Part shown: in pieces, positions 10,705 to 22,248 of the stretch
Numbering within the stretch: position 1 is the first letter of the stretch
Layout: every line of letters starts with the position of its first letter
Source of the DNA: Spirochaetales bacterium
GTDB taxonomy: Bacteria; Spirochaetota; Spirochaetia; JAFGXN01
Assembly (NCBI GenBank): GCA_016936615.1
Contig: JAFGXN010000141.1
Coordinates: 6,053-70,052, forward strand
Length of the DNA stretch: 64,000 bases
Reading direction: 5' to 3'
Translations under genes and position numbers: made by a program
The notes under the pieces: model-generated
Told to the model about the DNA's origin: nothing
What the model saw: the letters and a program-made list of their open reading frames with translations, nothing else
The model's database searches: none

Positions 10705-11249
10705 TGAAAAATAAAGAAGAATACGAGATAATCTTCAGGAGCAACATCGAGCACGAGCTTGAAGTTGTCGAGCAAGCTCTATTAGATCACGAAATAGAGT
10801 ACAAGATTGAGCGGCTACACGATAATCCAATATTTGGACAAAACAAAAAACTCTGGGAAAATGAAATTTGGATAAAAAAAGAAGATTTTCAGATAGCCTC
10901 AGAGTTGATCGACAAGACAACAGAAGAATTATCCAACACAAATCAGGAACCAGCAAAGATTTATCCCGACCTGAGCGACTACTACAATAAAATTTTCAAA
11001 CGCTTTGATGAAGAGACCACATACTTTAATACATCTTGGAACTGGGCAGCCTTTGTATTCTCATGGCTCTGGTACCTCTACCACAAAATGTATGTCAAAT
11101 CAGCGATAATCTTAGCCCTAGAGGTAGGACTAATTCTCTGGCTAGGCGCAAAAGGATTTATTTTTGCTTTTTTTATAATATTCTTCTGCGGACTTCACGG
11201 GAACTATCACAAGTACGAGCAATACAAGTCTACTTCCGAGAATTCCTAA
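10704..11249 (+). CDS. DUF2007-like N-terminal domain plus DUF2628-like two-TM membrane domain protein
   Basis: N-terminal about 70 aa resembles the putative signal-transducing DUF2007 fold. C-terminus WNWAAFVFSWLWYLYHKMYVKS...FFIIFFCGLHGNYHKY gives two TM helices. Translationally coupled to the upstream gene. Confidence 0.5.
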   Translation: MKNKEEYEIIFRSNIEHELEVVEQALLDHEIEYKIERLHDNPIFGQNKKLWENEIWIKKEDFQIASELIDKTTEELSNTNQEPAKIYPDLSDYYNKIFKRFDEETTYFNTSWNWAAFVFSWLWYLYHKMYVKSAIILALEVGLILWLGAKGFIFAFFIIFFCGLHGNYHKYEQYKSTSENS

Positions 11250-12378
11250 CAACTCCTGAGATAATCTCAGCAATATTGGGAAGGCTTACAACCTTATCGA
11301 CATATCCATACTCAGTTGCCACGCGAGGCATTCCATAGACGATGCAAGACTCTTGATCCTGCGCAATAGTGTAACCACCAAGATTATAGATTGAACCAAG
11401 CTCCTTAGCTCCATCACGCCCCATTCCAGTCATAATAACGCCAAGAGAGTGGCCACCATACTCCTGTGAAACAGATTTAAAAAGCACATCAGCCGAGGGA
11501 CGATGTCCATTCACCTGCGGACTTTGATTTACCCTCACGATAGGCCCAGATCCGCTCTTCTTCACGACGATATGATGATTTCCTGGCGCAATATAGATAG
11601 AACCAGCAAGAAGAGGTTCTCCATCAACTGCTTCCCTCACTGACAATTGACAGATACTGTTCAAGCTGTCAGCAAACTCAGCAGTAAACCCCTCTGGCAT
11701 ATGCTGAACCACCACAATAGGAACAGGAAAATCTCTATCTAACGCTGCAAAGACCTTACGCAAGGCGTTTGGACCTCCAGTAGAAATTCCAATTGCAACA
11801 ATATCAATTCGTGAGAAGTTAGGTCTCTTAGAAGGAGATAGTGGTGGCGGAACATTCTCTTTTCCAATATACGAGACAACATCTTCGCTAGAATCCCGCT
11901 TAAAGAGATCATCCTCAAGATTAGCAAGGTGATTACCCATTGCTATGGAAGAAGTTACAGTAGTATCACCCTTGTAACGCCCTCCATAAACTAGTATAAG
12001 CTTCTTAAGCTCATTGCTTACCTGCTCAATATCTAAAGAGATACTGCCAGAAGGCTTGAGAACAAAATCACTAGCACCAAGAGACAAAGCCTCCATGGTG
12101 ATACTAGCCCCCTTCTTTGCAAGCGAGGATAAAATAACAACAGGAACAGTAATATTGTTTTTCCTTCTCTCTTTTAAAAATTCGATACCATTCATATCTG
12201 GCATCTCAAGATCTAAAATAACAATATCTGGTTTCAAAATAGGAATTTTATTTAATGCAAACTTTCCGTTCACAGCAGTACCAGCAACCTCCATCCTCGG
12301 GTCACTCTCAACAATCTTAGAAACTAATCTTCTCATCAATGCAGAATCATCGCAAATCAAAACTGATATTTTTTTCAT
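11230..12378 (-). CDS. cheB: Chemotaxis response regulator protein-glutamate methylesterase
   Basis: N-terminal REC domain (ICDDSALMRR...D) and C-terminal methylesterase (GISTGGP, HMPEGFT, GMGRDG). The track start is GTG at 12387; the ATG 9 nt downstream has AGGTGG upstream. Confidence 0.85.
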   Translation of the reverse strand: MKKISVLICDDSALMRRLVSKIVESDPRMEVAGTAVNGKFALNKIPILKPDIVILDLEMPDMNGIEFLKERRKNNITVPVVILSSLAKKGASITMEALSLGASDFVLKPSGSISLDIEQVSNELKKLILVYGGRYKGDTTVTSSIAMGNHLANLEDDLFKRDSSEDVVSYIGKENVPPPLSPSKRPNFSRIDIVAIGISTGGPNALRKVFAALDRDFPVPIVVVQHMPEGFTAEFADSLNSICQLSVREAVDGEPLLAGSIYIAPGNHHIVVKKSGSGPIVRVNQSPQVNGHRPSADVLFKSVSQEYGGHSLGVIMTGMGRDGAKELGSIYNLGGYTIAQDQESCIVYGMPRVATEYGYVDKVVSLPNIAEIISGVVRNSRK

Positions 12379-12387
12379 AAACCCCAC

Positions 12388-13206
12388 CTACTCGATACTC
12401 TTGCTATAGAAGCAAGTCCAATCTGTCTTAACAAATTCGAAAGGCGTTCCAAGCCCGAACAAGGACTCAGAATGACCAATAAAAAGGAAAGAAAATGGCC
12501 TCATCGAAGCCCAAAACTTATGAATTGTATCAACCTGCGCAGCCTCATCAAAATATATCAAGACATTTCTACAAAACACAACATCAATATCGCCAACATA
12601 ACTCTCGAAAGTCAAATTATGATAATCAAACTGAACAATCTTTTTTATCTCTTCATTAACCTCGTAAACCCCGTCTTCAAAATCAAAGAACCGAGCCAAA
12701 TACTCATCAGAAATATCCTTTACCTTCGAAGCCTCATATCTCCCAGTTTTTGCTACTAGAAGCGACTTCAACGACAAATCAGAAGCTAACACCTTAATCT
12801 TAAAATCAGGCGGAAGAAGATCCTTCAAGACCATCGCTAACGAATAAGGCTCCTCGCCAGTAGAGCATCCAGCACTCCAAATACGAAAATCACGGTTCCC
12901 AATACTTTTTTTATACTCAACAAGCTTTGGGATTACATAATTTCTGAAAGCATCAAAATGTCCCTGATTCCTAAAGAACCTTGTTAAATTCGTAGTAACA
13001 GCATCTAGCAAAATCTTCAGTTCTTCATTGTTAGAGCTAATCAGCTTAAAATACTCATCAAGAGACGAAAGGCCATTTCTTCGAAGCAACTCCTTTAAGC
13101 GACTCTCAAGAATCATACGATTAGAGGTACAAAAATTTATACCACTTTTCTCATAAATATAGTCCCTGAAGCGCTTAAAATCTCTGTCATTCAAAAAATC
13201 ACTCAT
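12388..13206 (-). CDS. cheR: Chemotaxis protein methyltransferase
   Basis: CheR all-alpha N-domain plus SAM-dependent MTase domain (FRIWSAGCSTGEEPYS). Its start overlaps the addA stop (ATGA). Confidence 0.85.
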   Translation of the reverse strand: MSDFLNDRDFKRFRDYIYEKSGINFCTSNRMILESRLKELLRRNGLSSLDEYFKLISSNNEELKILLDAVTTNLTRFFRNQGHFDAFRNYVIPKLVEYKKSIGNRDFRIWSAGCSTGEEPYSLAMVLKDLLPPDFKIKVLASDLSLKSLLVAKTGRYEASKVKDISDEYLARFFDFEDGVYEVNEEIKKIVQFDYHNLTFESYVGDIDVVFCRNVLIYFDEAAQVDTIHKFWASMRPFSFLFIGHSESLFGLGTPFEFVKTDWTCFYSKSIE

Positions 13207-16200
13207 ATTAGATCTTCAATTTCCTCTAGAGGAATATCCTCTTTAATTTCAACATTTTTTCCAGTCCTCAAGAAAAAAAGAAAGGTTCTCACAGGCAAAC
13301 CAGTCAAGGCCTCGAGGGCACGTCGATAAATATTGAGCTGCAAAGAGTACTGGTTCAAAGGCTTAGCATCAGTCTTAAAATCAATAACTCTAATTTCGCC
13401 ATTTATCTCACAATATAAATCTATATTACCATTTATCAATAAGCAAATTTTTGAGAGATTTAACTTAAACAAAAATGGGAACTCGCTCTGAATCCGAGAT
13501 GCAGAACTTTCAACCTCTCTATATATATCGGAAGAAAGAAACATTTTTGCACTCTTTTTTGCCATTTCATTAATATCATCAAGAAATTCCGGCGGAACAA
13601 GCTGAGAGAGCTGGCGAGGAACTGAAAGTTCTTTATTTTTGATAAAATTTTCAATTGTCCCATGAACAATTGTTCCAAAGACTGAGTTAAGACCATTACT
13701 GTAGAGCAACTCGTCGAACCAGGCAGGAATTATATTCTTTGTCTCAAACTCATCGACAGATGCGCAATATTTTGGTCTGTTTTTTTTATAAAAAAGTTCA
13801 TTTAACTCGACAACAGGATATCTTCGCTTCGGGAAAATCTCTTTTACGCAATTTTCTGGAGAGTAGAAAGAAAAATCCCCATTTCGCAGCGGAGAGGAAG
13901 AGAGTAATCTAGCATCAATTATCACTTTATCAATTGATAGATCTTCTATAGACTCTAATTCTACAAAATCAGATAGCCCCTCGTATAATTCTAGAGACTC
14001 TTGACTATCAGATTCAGATTTTTCATCATAAAAGAACCTTAAAAGTGTCCCACTGTTTGGATTCTTAGAATTTCCATAACAGCCAGAAATAAACAAGTAA
14101 GTCTCAGCTCGAGTCAGCGCAACGTAGAGCAACCTTTTAAGCTCAGCACTATCCATAGCCTGCTCCTCATCCCAGTAGAGTCTACTTACAGGATTTACTC
14201 CATCATCATCCTTAACCTTAATAGCTAAATTATCTCCGAGATAAGAGAGAAAAGAGGTACTAGGAACCCTTGCACTCTTTCCTGAAAAGGCAACAAAACA
14301 AATTGGAAACTCTAAACCCTTAGATTTATGAATAGTCATAAATCTAACAGCATTTGAATCAAAGTTTGGAAGATTCAAATCAGAAACCTTCTCATAGTTA
14401 TTTAATCTCTCAAGTCCATAACTTAAAAACTCATCAAATCCTTTTGATTCTGCATCAAATTTCTGAGCCATTCTGAAAAGAACATCAAAAATCTGCCTAT
14501 AAGAGGGATCAGTCTGCCCCGACAAATAGAGAAACCGATACCCCTTCTCCATCCAAAGATAATCAAAAAAGGAGGCAATTGAGCCCTTGAGAATCTGTCC
14601 GATAACCCCTGAATAAAAAGAATATACTCTACAATCAAAATCATCTACATCCTTAAGCTGATTCTCTTTTTTATACTCTAAAAATCCTTCATAATCCAAC
14701 GACAAATAGGCAAGAATCTGACACTCAGCAAAATCCTCTCTGCTAAATTCATTATTAGAGAGCATATTCAACAGAAACTCCTTCAAATTCCCATATTTTT
14801 TAATAAAAGGATAGAACTTACCATCATCTATTTCGAGAAAAGCGGAACGAATAACACTATAGAAGGCCTTCTTCGAGTTATAATAAAGAACAGATTCAAT
14901 AACAGCTAAAAAATCCGCAGTCATATCGGAGAAGAACAATGATGTTGTAGTATCTGTGACATATGGAATACCGGCAAGATCAAAGACTTTTTCAAGCTTA
15001 TACTGCTCGGAGAGAGTCCGCATTAAGACCGCAACATCACTATAACAAGCCTTCCTTGTCGAGCCATTATCTCCTGGCAATATGTAATCACTCCCATCAA
15101 CAATCTGTTTTATCTTCCGTGCAATATATAAAGCCTCGCAATAACCCTCATCAAAAACACTCTCCTCATCCTCTTCTGATTCCTCTCGCTTAGCTTGAGG
15201 CTTTATAGCAAGCATCACCTTCTTAAATTTAGGAGAAACCTTTGCTGATCGAGATTTCATCTCAGAAAACACAGCTTCGTAATCAACCTTTGCGACAGAC
15301 TCTTTTTTTCCCTTCAATAAATCAAATATCTTTTGAGCTAGAGGAGTAGAACCCTTCTCAGCCATTACCTTTAAAAAGAGAAAATTAAAAAAATCAATCA
15401 ACTCAGGCTCAGAGCGAAAATTATTTGACAGGTTAATCTCTTTTCCACCACTACACGCAAGCTCCTCCGAAAGACTCTTAAAGACACGAACATCAGCCCC
15501 CCGGAACCGATAAATAGACTGCTTCTGATCTCCAACAAAAAACAACTTGTTTGAACAAATCTCAGCAACAGAAGGAACCCCTTCTGAATGAATCTCTGGT
15601 CTCTCCGCAAGTAGATAAAGCAACTCCTTCTGCAACTTATTATTATCCTGAAACTCATCAATCATTATAAACTTAAATTTTTTCTTGTAGTAATCCCTTA
15701 ATTCTCTATTTACTTTAAGAAGGTAAATTGCCGCAGAGGAGATATCATCAAAACTAGTCAAACCAGACGCTTTTTTTATATCAACAATCCTCTTAGACAA
15801 CTTATTTAGAGCTGAACAAAACTCCTCAATCTCTGGAGACTTGGAAAAGTAGAACAGCGCTGAATTAAGATCTAAGCAATCCGTCCTCTTTCTTTTTTTC
15901 AGCTCCAAATAAGCCTCAACCTCTTGTGAAAATGATGGGAATTCCAGAATTTGTTCAAAGAGCTGTTCTAAAGATGTAAAATTTGATCGCGAAGAAAGCC
16001 CTGCATAGACTTTGAAATTCTTTAAAATTGCTTTTTTTAAACCAACATAGGCTTTCATTGTCTCGTCTTTTGGTCTTTGATCAAACTTGATAGCGGTTAA
16101 ACCACGGATTTTCTCAACAATAGGCAAAAGCCCCTGCTCCCTGTTCAATTTTTTTAACCCCTCATAATCTGTTAATCCTGATTCAATGAGATACTCTTTG

Positions 16201-16898
16201 ATTGGCAAAAACCCAGCTTCGAACTTTTCTCGCATCTTTTTAGCCAAAATAAAATCAACTTCATCAAGAACCAACCCATCAAAGAGAAGAGATTTTGCAA
16301 AAAAACTCAAATCTAACAGAATCTCCTCAATACTCTCTCTCAGAAAATCCATCGCCTTATGAAAATCTTCGACAAAATCAGCCCCATCTGCAATTAACAT
16401 CTTCTGACTAGCAATTCTTGATACATCATTCCAAAAAACCTCGAAACCAAACCCAGAAATTGCCTCTTCGACAAGCTTTATCCTGGATTTATTAGCAAAA
16501 TCAAAGACCTCATCACGAATAATCTCATCTAATTTTTTCAAATCAGAGGAAAAAGTATCAGGCAACCCTAAGTCCTGGTTAGCATTGATAACGACTCGTC
16601 TACAAAAACTATCAATGGTAGAAATCTCAGCATTTCTGAAATTTAGCAACTCTTTAGCAACTTTAGGATTTGAAGATTTAGCAAGATCCTGCCTAATCCT
16701 CGACTTCATTTCACTTGCAGCCTTCTCTGTAAAGGTTAATGTCAAGATCTCGTCGACACCAGCAAGCCCAGAATCGATAAGATACTCATACCTCGCACTC
16801 AGAACAGTTGTCTTACCAGAACCAGCTCCAGCGCTGACCACCAAATTTTTATCTACAGTATATATTGCCTCTTTTTGTTCTTCAGTAAATTTTTTCAT
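13203..16898 (-). CDS. addA: ATP-dependent helicase/nuclease subunit A (UvrD helicase plus C-terminal PD-(D/E)XK nuclease)
   Basis: 1231 aa. Walker A GAGSGKTTVL at the N-terminus, a UvrD-like helicase core, and a C-terminal nuclease motif IDFKTD...QLNIY. Confidence 0.8.
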   Translation of the reverse strand: MKKFTEEQKEAIYTVDKNLVVSAGAGSGKTTVLSARYEYLIDSGLAGVDEILTLTFTEKAASEMKSRIRQDLAKSSNPKVAKELLNFRNAEISTIDSFCRRVVINANQDLGLPDTFSSDLKKLDEIIRDEVFDFANKSRIKLVEEAISGFGFEVFWNDVSRIASQKMLIADGADFVEDFHKAMDFLRESIEEILLDLSFFAKSLLFDGLVLDEVDFILAKKMREKFEAGFLPIKEYLIESGLTDYEGLKKLNREQGLLPIVEKIRGLTAIKFDQRPKDETMKAYVGLKKAILKNFKVYAGLSSRSNFTSLEQLFEQILEFPSFSQEVEAYLELKKRKRTDCLDLNSALFYFSKSPEIEEFCSALNKLSKRIVDIKKASGLTSFDDISSAAIYLLKVNRELRDYYKKKFKFIMIDEFQDNNKLQKELLYLLAERPEIHSEGVPSVAEICSNKLFFVGDQKQSIYRFRGADVRVFKSLSEELACSGGKEINLSNNFRSEPELIDFFNFLFLKVMAEKGSTPLAQKIFDLLKGKKESVAKVDYEAVFSEMKSRSAKVSPKFKKVMLAIKPQAKREESEEDEESVFDEGYCEALYIARKIKQIVDGSDYILPGDNGSTRKACYSDVAVLMRTLSEQYKLEKVFDLAGIPYVTDTTTSLFFSDMTADFLAVIESVLYYNSKKAFYSVIRSAFLEIDDGKFYPFIKKYGNLKEFLLNMLSNNEFSREDFAECQILAYLSLDYEGFLEYKKENQLKDVDDFDCRVYSFYSGVIGQILKGSIASFFDYLWMEKGYRFLYLSGQTDPSYRQIFDVLFRMAQKFDAESKGFDEFLSYGLERLNNYEKVSDLNLPNFDSNAVRFMTIHKSKGLEFPICFVAFSGKSARVPSTSFLSYLGDNLAIKVKDDDGVNPVSRLYWDEEQAMDSAELKRLLYVALTRAETYLFISGCYGNSKNPNSGTLLRFFYDEKSESDSQESLELYEGLSDFVELESIEDLSIDKVIIDARLLSSSPLRNGDFSFYSPENCVKEIFPKRRYPVVELNELFYKKNRPKYCASVDEFETKNIIPAWFDELLYSNGLNSVFGTIVHGTIENFIKNKELSVPRQLSQLVPPEFLDDINEMAKKSAKMFLSSDIYREVESSASRIQSEFPFLFKLNLSKICLLINGNIDLYCEINGEIRVIDFKTDAKPLNQYSLQLNIYRRALEALTGLPVRTFLFFLRTGKNVEIKEDIPLEEIEDLI

Positions 16899-16900
16899 AA

Positions 16901-19567
16901 CTACTCCACCCTATAAGTTTTTCTACACACCTGAGTAAACTGACAACGATCACAAACAGCATCTTCTCGTATCCCAAAATCATTCTTCAATACTTTCTCT
17001 TTTACATAAAGGATATATCGACCAAGCAAATAATAAAGTTCTAATTTGTTTCTGTTAAAAGATGATGAGACAGTTTTTTGACCGAAACCAACCTTGTATG
17101 CATGATCCTTAAACGAATAGTAGAATCCAGCGACAACATCACACGACTTTAAATTCTCCAGAACAAGAGAGTAAAAAGGCAACTGAATCCAGGAATTCTT
17201 TTCAACACGTTGTTCATCCATTTTTGGAAAAAATGTTTTCTTAGTCAACCCATGAAAAGAACTTGTCTTATAATCATAGACAGCAGCCTTCCCATCTGAA
17301 ATCTCAACCCTGTCAATAGCCCCACGCAAGGCAACATCGACAGCAAGACAAGAGGCCTTTCCATCATCATCTAACCCACAAATAGACTCTATGCGAGTGT
17401 AAAACTTCTCCTCTGTAGAGACTTCTGGCGAACAACCAAAGACTTTTTCATGATAAGAGGCAATATCCCTAACAAAAATATTCAAATCCTCTGTAAATCT
17501 AATACGAAATGCTTTTTTTCGTATATCAGGACAAATCTTATAGCTATAATTCTCCATAACAAAGTCAACTAAGCTAGAGATATCCACCAATCCATCTTTT
17601 GACTTCTCTCTCCACTCAAAATAGAGCTCTGCAGCCTTGTGAAATAGATTACCTTCCTCGCGATAATTCACAATTTTAGAAAAAGGATACTCATCATAAC
17701 AATCTAGAACTCGCGAAAAGTAAAAAGCAAATGGACAATTATACAAATCGTTCAAGTTAGTTGCAGAAAAGAGTAATCGAGAAGAGGGATCTTCTGGATT
17801 CTCAAATAGAAAAGGTAGATCTTCTGCAACATTATCCACTATAAAAGACTCTATTGCCAAAGGAGTCGAGATCTCCAAATTTACAGAATATGTCTTTAAA
17901 ATTCTCTCGGTTAGGAAAAAATCCGAACATCCTCCCTCCCAGTAATTTTTTTCCTTAGCAATAGGCAAGATAAAGTCCCCAGTAAAATTAACATTTCCAT
18001 CCTTCGCAAACCACATAGGAACAATCATAGTTCCATTTTGAGTCTCCTGCGACATAGAAAATTCAACAGACTCTCCTGACAGAATATATGCATTAAAAAA
18101 ATCATCGGAGAAATCCTGAAATCCAAAATCTTTATCAAAATGCTTAGCTCGAACAATCTCAGGCAAGAAAGCAAGAGCATCTCTCTTAACCTCAGAACCA
18201 GATTGAGAAAATCCTACAACAAAATGGTGCAAAGGTTGCCCCCCAGCAGCAACTCTATACTTGTAGATTGCCACACCATTTCCACGCGATTGAGGAACAT
18301 AGACCTGCTGAGTCAAGGTTTCCATAAAAAATTCAAAACAATCATTAACCTTGTAATCACCAAGCTCCGATTCGATATCCCGCAACTCTCTCAGAACAAC
18401 AAGTATTCTTTCAAACGAGGGTCTCACATCTTCCTTGTCTATAAACTCAACTGAGGTAAACTCTTTCAAAAAGCTATCAACCCTCTCGAGAAGAGTCGAA
18501 AAACCCTCAGAGGCAATAATGCCTTTACAAGCCTCAAAGAAGGCTACAATATAGGGATCCGCCTTGTAGAGAAGGATTTTCTCGCCAGCAATAACACACC
18601 GCTGAGACCCATCCCGCAAAAACTCGACAAAGAGATCGCGCTGCTTTATTGGAAAGACCGGATTTGAAACAAATCCCCTGACCTGAGAAAAGAGAAAATC
18701 TCTCTTGCACACATCAGCTAGCCCCCGGAAGAAAGATGCCGCGACATATTCAGAAAGCGGCTTTCCCGTCTTAAGATTGAGCGGCACACCAAAGCCGTCT
18801 GCAAATTCTGCAAAGAATCCCAAATAATCCTCATCGCCGCAGCAAGAGACTACAATCTCAGAGGGATCTACTCCGCTGTCAAGCAACTCCCGGATCTGGC
18901 GCAAGGTGCAAGAGACCTCACCGGCGACAGAGTCATGAACTGTGAGGGAATTCAGCGCCGCAGAACCAGGTCTAGCAACAGCGAATTGAACTAGATTAGC
19001 AAACCCCTCCACTGCACGAAACTCCTCGAAATCAAGAATCAGCTCAGGAAAAAAAATAATTGCTGGTTTAAAATCATACATCTTCGCAGAATCTTCAAGA
19101 TTTGGATCAAAATAATTATTTTTTTCAAGAAAAACCAAATATCTCGCCCGAACAAACTCTACCCCTTGATAAAAGCCTGGAGACATAACTCCACCTCTCA
19201 AACTGCTAACCAAATTTATCTTTGAAAGCAAGGTAACAAGATTTGTAACAAGAATCTTTGTCGAGAAGCTATTGTTTTTTTCATAAAAATAAGGAATATA
19301 CTCATTAGATTGTCTGACATCGCAGAGCAGATCCTCTGCAAACAAACGCAAAACCAACCGGTTCACTGGTCGCCTATCTCGTTTATGAATCTGTGACAGC
19401 TCCTTAAATTTATCCCAGGAGATAAATCTTGAGCGATCAAGAACTGCCCGCTCCGTACTCAATAGAAGCTGCTCCATCACAGAACGAGCTGTAATCTCCG
19501 ACGGAAAGACAAAAAACAACTCTGAATTAATATTTTTTTCAACTATACTGAATATTTTTTCTTTCAT
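16901..19567 (-). CDS. addB: Helicase/nuclease subunit B (AddB/RexB-like, inactive helicase fold plus PD-(D/E)XK nuclease)
   Basis: About 890 aa partner of addA with no Walker A. C-terminal DYKTS nuclease motif and Cys cluster CDRCQFTQVC. The track start is TTG (19573); the ATG is 6 nt downstream. Confidence 0.7.
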   Translation of the reverse strand: MKEKIFSIVEKNINSELFFVFPSEITARSVMEQLLLSTERAVLDRSRFISWDKFKELSQIHKRDRRPVNRLVLRLFAEDLLCDVRQSNEYIPYFYEKNNSFSTKILVTNLVTLLSKINLVSSLRGGVMSPGFYQGVEFVRARYLVFLEKNNYFDPNLEDSAKMYDFKPAIIFFPELILDFEEFRAVEGFANLVQFAVARPGSAALNSLTVHDSVAGEVSCTLRQIRELLDSGVDPSEIVVSCCGDEDYLGFFAEFADGFGVPLNLKTGKPLSEYVAASFFRGLADVCKRDFLFSQVRGFVSNPVFPIKQRDLFVEFLRDGSQRCVIAGEKILLYKADPYIVAFFEACKGIIASEGFSTLLERVDSFLKEFTSVEFIDKEDVRPSFERILVVLRELRDIESELGDYKVNDCFEFFMETLTQQVYVPQSRGNGVAIYKYRVAAGGQPLHHFVVGFSQSGSEVKRDALAFLPEIVRAKHFDKDFGFQDFSDDFFNAYILSGESVEFSMSQETQNGTMIVPMWFAKDGNVNFTGDFILPIAKEKNYWEGGCSDFFLTERILKTYSVNLEISTPLAIESFIVDNVAEDLPFLFENPEDPSSRLLFSATNLNDLYNCPFAFYFSRVLDCYDEYPFSKIVNYREEGNLFHKAAELYFEWREKSKDGLVDISSLVDFVMENYSYKICPDIRKKAFRIRFTEDLNIFVRDIASYHEKVFGCSPEVSTEEKFYTRIESICGLDDDGKASCLAVDVALRGAIDRVEISDGKAAVYDYKTSSFHGLTKKTFFPKMDEQRVEKNSWIQLPFYSLVLENLKSCDVVAGFYYSFKDHAYKVGFGQKTVSSSFNRNKLELYYLLGRYILYVKEKVLKNDFGIREDAVCDRCQFTQVCRKTYRVE

Positions 19568-19659
19568 ACGCAATTATACATCAAAGAGAAGATTTTAACA
19601 GTATAAAAACAAATATTTCCTGTTAAAATGAAAAAGACTGCCTCTCGGCAGCCTCTATC

Positions 19660-22170
19660 TTAATTTGCAACAATATTAACAATCTTGTCGGGAATAGTAA
19701 TAACCTTTCGGATAGTTGCGCCATCAGTATATTTCTTGACATTCTCGTGAGCTAAAGCTTGTGACTCTAACTCCTCTTTTGGGGTTCCAGCTGCGACCTC
19801 AAGTTTAGCCCGAAGTTTTCCATTAACCTGAACCGCGACAACAACCTCTGCATCCTTTGTCAACGACTCATCCCACGAAGGATAGGCCTGCTTCGCCACA
19901 GAAGGCTTATTCCCTGCCATCTCCCACAACTCTTCAGCTAAATGTGGTGCATATGGCGAAAGAATCAAAATGAACTTTTCCCAGGCTTCCCGAGGAAGAG
20001 CATCAAGCTTGTGCAGATGGTTGACAAAGATCATCATCTGCGAGATTCCAACATTGAAATCCAGATTATTTGTATCGTTATAGACCTTCTTAATTGTCTT
20101 ATGCAAAAGTTTCTCAGTCTCAGAATCCATCCCACCATCAACAATCGGCTTAGATGACATCTTTGCAATTTTATCGAGAAATCTGTAAACCCCAATCAAA
20201 CCCTGAGTCTGCCATGGTTTTGAGACCTGCAAAGGACCCATAAACATCTCATACATCCTCATTGAATCTGCACCAAACTCTCTGATTATATCGTCGGGAT
20301 TTATAACATTTTTCAAAGACTTCGACATCTTAGCAATCACTCGCTCAAGCTCTTCACCAGTCTCAATCTCAACAAACTTATTACCTTCAATCTCCTTAAC
20401 CATATCTACAGGAACTAGAGATTTGTTTTTTCGTTGAAATGCAAAAGAGGTAATCATTCCCTGATTTACAAGCCTCTTGAACGGCTCCTTATCTCTGACT
20501 AGACCAATATCGTAGAGCACCTTGTGCCAGAATCTAGCGTAGAGCAAGTGCAATACTGCGTGTTCAGCTCCACCCACATACAGGTCTACTGGCATCCAGT
20601 AATCTAACTTCTCCTGCGATGCAAACTCTTGCGTATTGTGCGGATCAATATATCTCAGATAATACCAGCATGAACCTGCCCACTGTGGCATAGTATTTGT
20701 CTCACGCCTAGCATGACCGCCACATTTTGGGCAAGTCGTATTCAACCATGACTCGACATTTGCAAGCGGAGACTCTCCAGTTCCCGAAGGCTTAAACTCC
20801 TCCATGTCGGGCAATGTCAGAGGCAATTCTGACTCTGGCACTGGAACAATCCCACAATCTGGGCAATGAACCAAAGGAATCGGCTCACCCCAATATCGCT
20901 GTCGACTAAAGACCCAATCTCGAAGTTTATAATTTATCGACTTTGTGCCAAGACTTTTTCCCTCAAGCCACGCAATCATCTTCGAGATTGCCTCTTCCTT
21001 GCCTAATCCATCGAGAAATTCTGAATTAACATGTGGTCCATCACCGACAAATGCCTCCTGAGAGATATCACCACCCTCAAGGACTTGAACAATATCAAGA
21101 CCAAACTTTGTTGCAAACTCCCAGTCTCGCTGATCGTGTGCAGGGACTGCCATGATTGCACCAGTTCCATAAGAAATTAAAATATAATCAGAGATCCAAA
21201 TAGGGATTTCCTTGTTATTCACAGGATTTATCGCATAAGCACCAGTAAAGACACCACTTTTCTCTTTCGAAAGCTCTGTCCTCTCCAAATCTGACTTCAT
21301 ATTAGCCTTGACAATGTAATCATCAATCGCAGCCTTCTGTCCATCTGTGGTTATCTTTGCAACAAGCGGATGTTCTGGCGCTAGAACCATGTAAGTCGCC
21401 CCGAAGAGGGTATCTGGTCTAGTTGTGTAGACCTCGATAGTCTCGCTAGACTCCTTTAATGAAAAAGTTACATTCGCACCTTCGCTCTTTCCTATCCAGT
21501 TCTTCTGCATAGCCTTGATAGAATCCGACCAATCAAGAGAATCCAAATCCTCAAGCAATTTCTCTGCATAATCAGTTATGCGAAGAATCCACTGCCTGAT
21601 ATTCTTGCGAGTAACCTGAGTTCCACATCTGTCACAAGCCCCATCTTTGACCTCTTCGTTAGCTAATCCTGTCAAACAAGAAGGGCACCAGTTGATAGGA
21701 GTCTTCGCCTCGTAAGCAAGGCCTTTTTCATACAACTTAAGAAAAATCCACTGTGTCCATTTGTAATACTCCGGAGTGTGGGTTGAAATCTCTCTGTCCC
21801 AATCATAGCAGAAGCCAAGCGCCTTAATCTGCTCACGGAATTTATCTATATTTTTTGAAGTCGTAACCTCAGGATGTGTTCCTGTCTTGATAGCATAATT
21901 CTCTGCGGGTAAGCCAAAAGAGTCGAAACCCATAGGATGCAGGACCTTATAGCCATTCATTGTCAGAAATCGACAATAGATATCAGTCGCAGTATATCCT
22001 TCAGGATGCCCAACATGCAATCCTGCCCCAGAAGGGTAAGGAAACATATCCAACACATACATTCTCTTCTCAGCCGGCACAGAAAAATCCTCAACTACCT
22101 TGAAAGTCTTATCTTTTTCCCAAAATTTCTGCCATTTCTCTTCTATTTGTTTAAAATCATATCTGTCCAT
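19660..22170 (-). CDS. leuS: Leucyl-tRNA synthetase
   Basis: 836 aa with HVGH (HIGH-type) and KMSKS motifs, plus editing and anticodon-binding domains. Confidence 0.95.
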   Translation of the reverse strand: MDRYDFKQIEEKWQKFWEKDKTFKVVEDFSVPAEKRMYVLDMFPYPSGAGLHVGHPEGYTATDIYCRFLTMNGYKVLHPMGFDSFGLPAENYAIKTGTHPEVTTSKNIDKFREQIKALGFCYDWDREISTHTPEYYKWTQWIFLKLYEKGLAYEAKTPINWCPSCLTGLANEEVKDGACDRCGTQVTRKNIRQWILRITDYAEKLLEDLDSLDWSDSIKAMQKNWIGKSEGANVTFSLKESSETIEVYTTRPDTLFGATYMVLAPEHPLVAKITTDGQKAAIDDYIVKANMKSDLERTELSKEKSGVFTGAYAINPVNNKEIPIWISDYILISYGTGAIMAVPAHDQRDWEFATKFGLDIVQVLEGGDISQEAFVGDGPHVNSEFLDGLGKEEAISKMIAWLEGKSLGTKSINYKLRDWVFSRQRYWGEPIPLVHCPDCGIVPVPESELPLTLPDMEEFKPSGTGESPLANVESWLNTTCPKCGGHARRETNTMPQWAGSCWYYLRYIDPHNTQEFASQEKLDYWMPVDLYVGGAEHAVLHLLYARFWHKVLYDIGLVRDKEPFKRLVNQGMITSFAFQRKNKSLVPVDMVKEIEGNKFVEIETGEELERVIAKMSKSLKNVINPDDIIREFGADSMRMYEMFMGPLQVSKPWQTQGLIGVYRFLDKIAKMSSKPIVDGGMDSETEKLLHKTIKKVYNDTNNLDFNVGISQMMIFVNHLHKLDALPREAWEKFILILSPYAPHLAEELWEMAGNKPSVAKQAYPSWDESLTKDAEVVVAVQVNGKLRAKLEVAAGTPKEELESQALAHENVKKYTDGATIRKVITIPDKIVNIVAN

Positions 22171-22248
22171 AAATTACATACTATCCTTGTGTTTATTTTT
22201 GGTCAATATTCTGCAATGAATAAATCAATTTTAGTCGGAAATCTTTAA

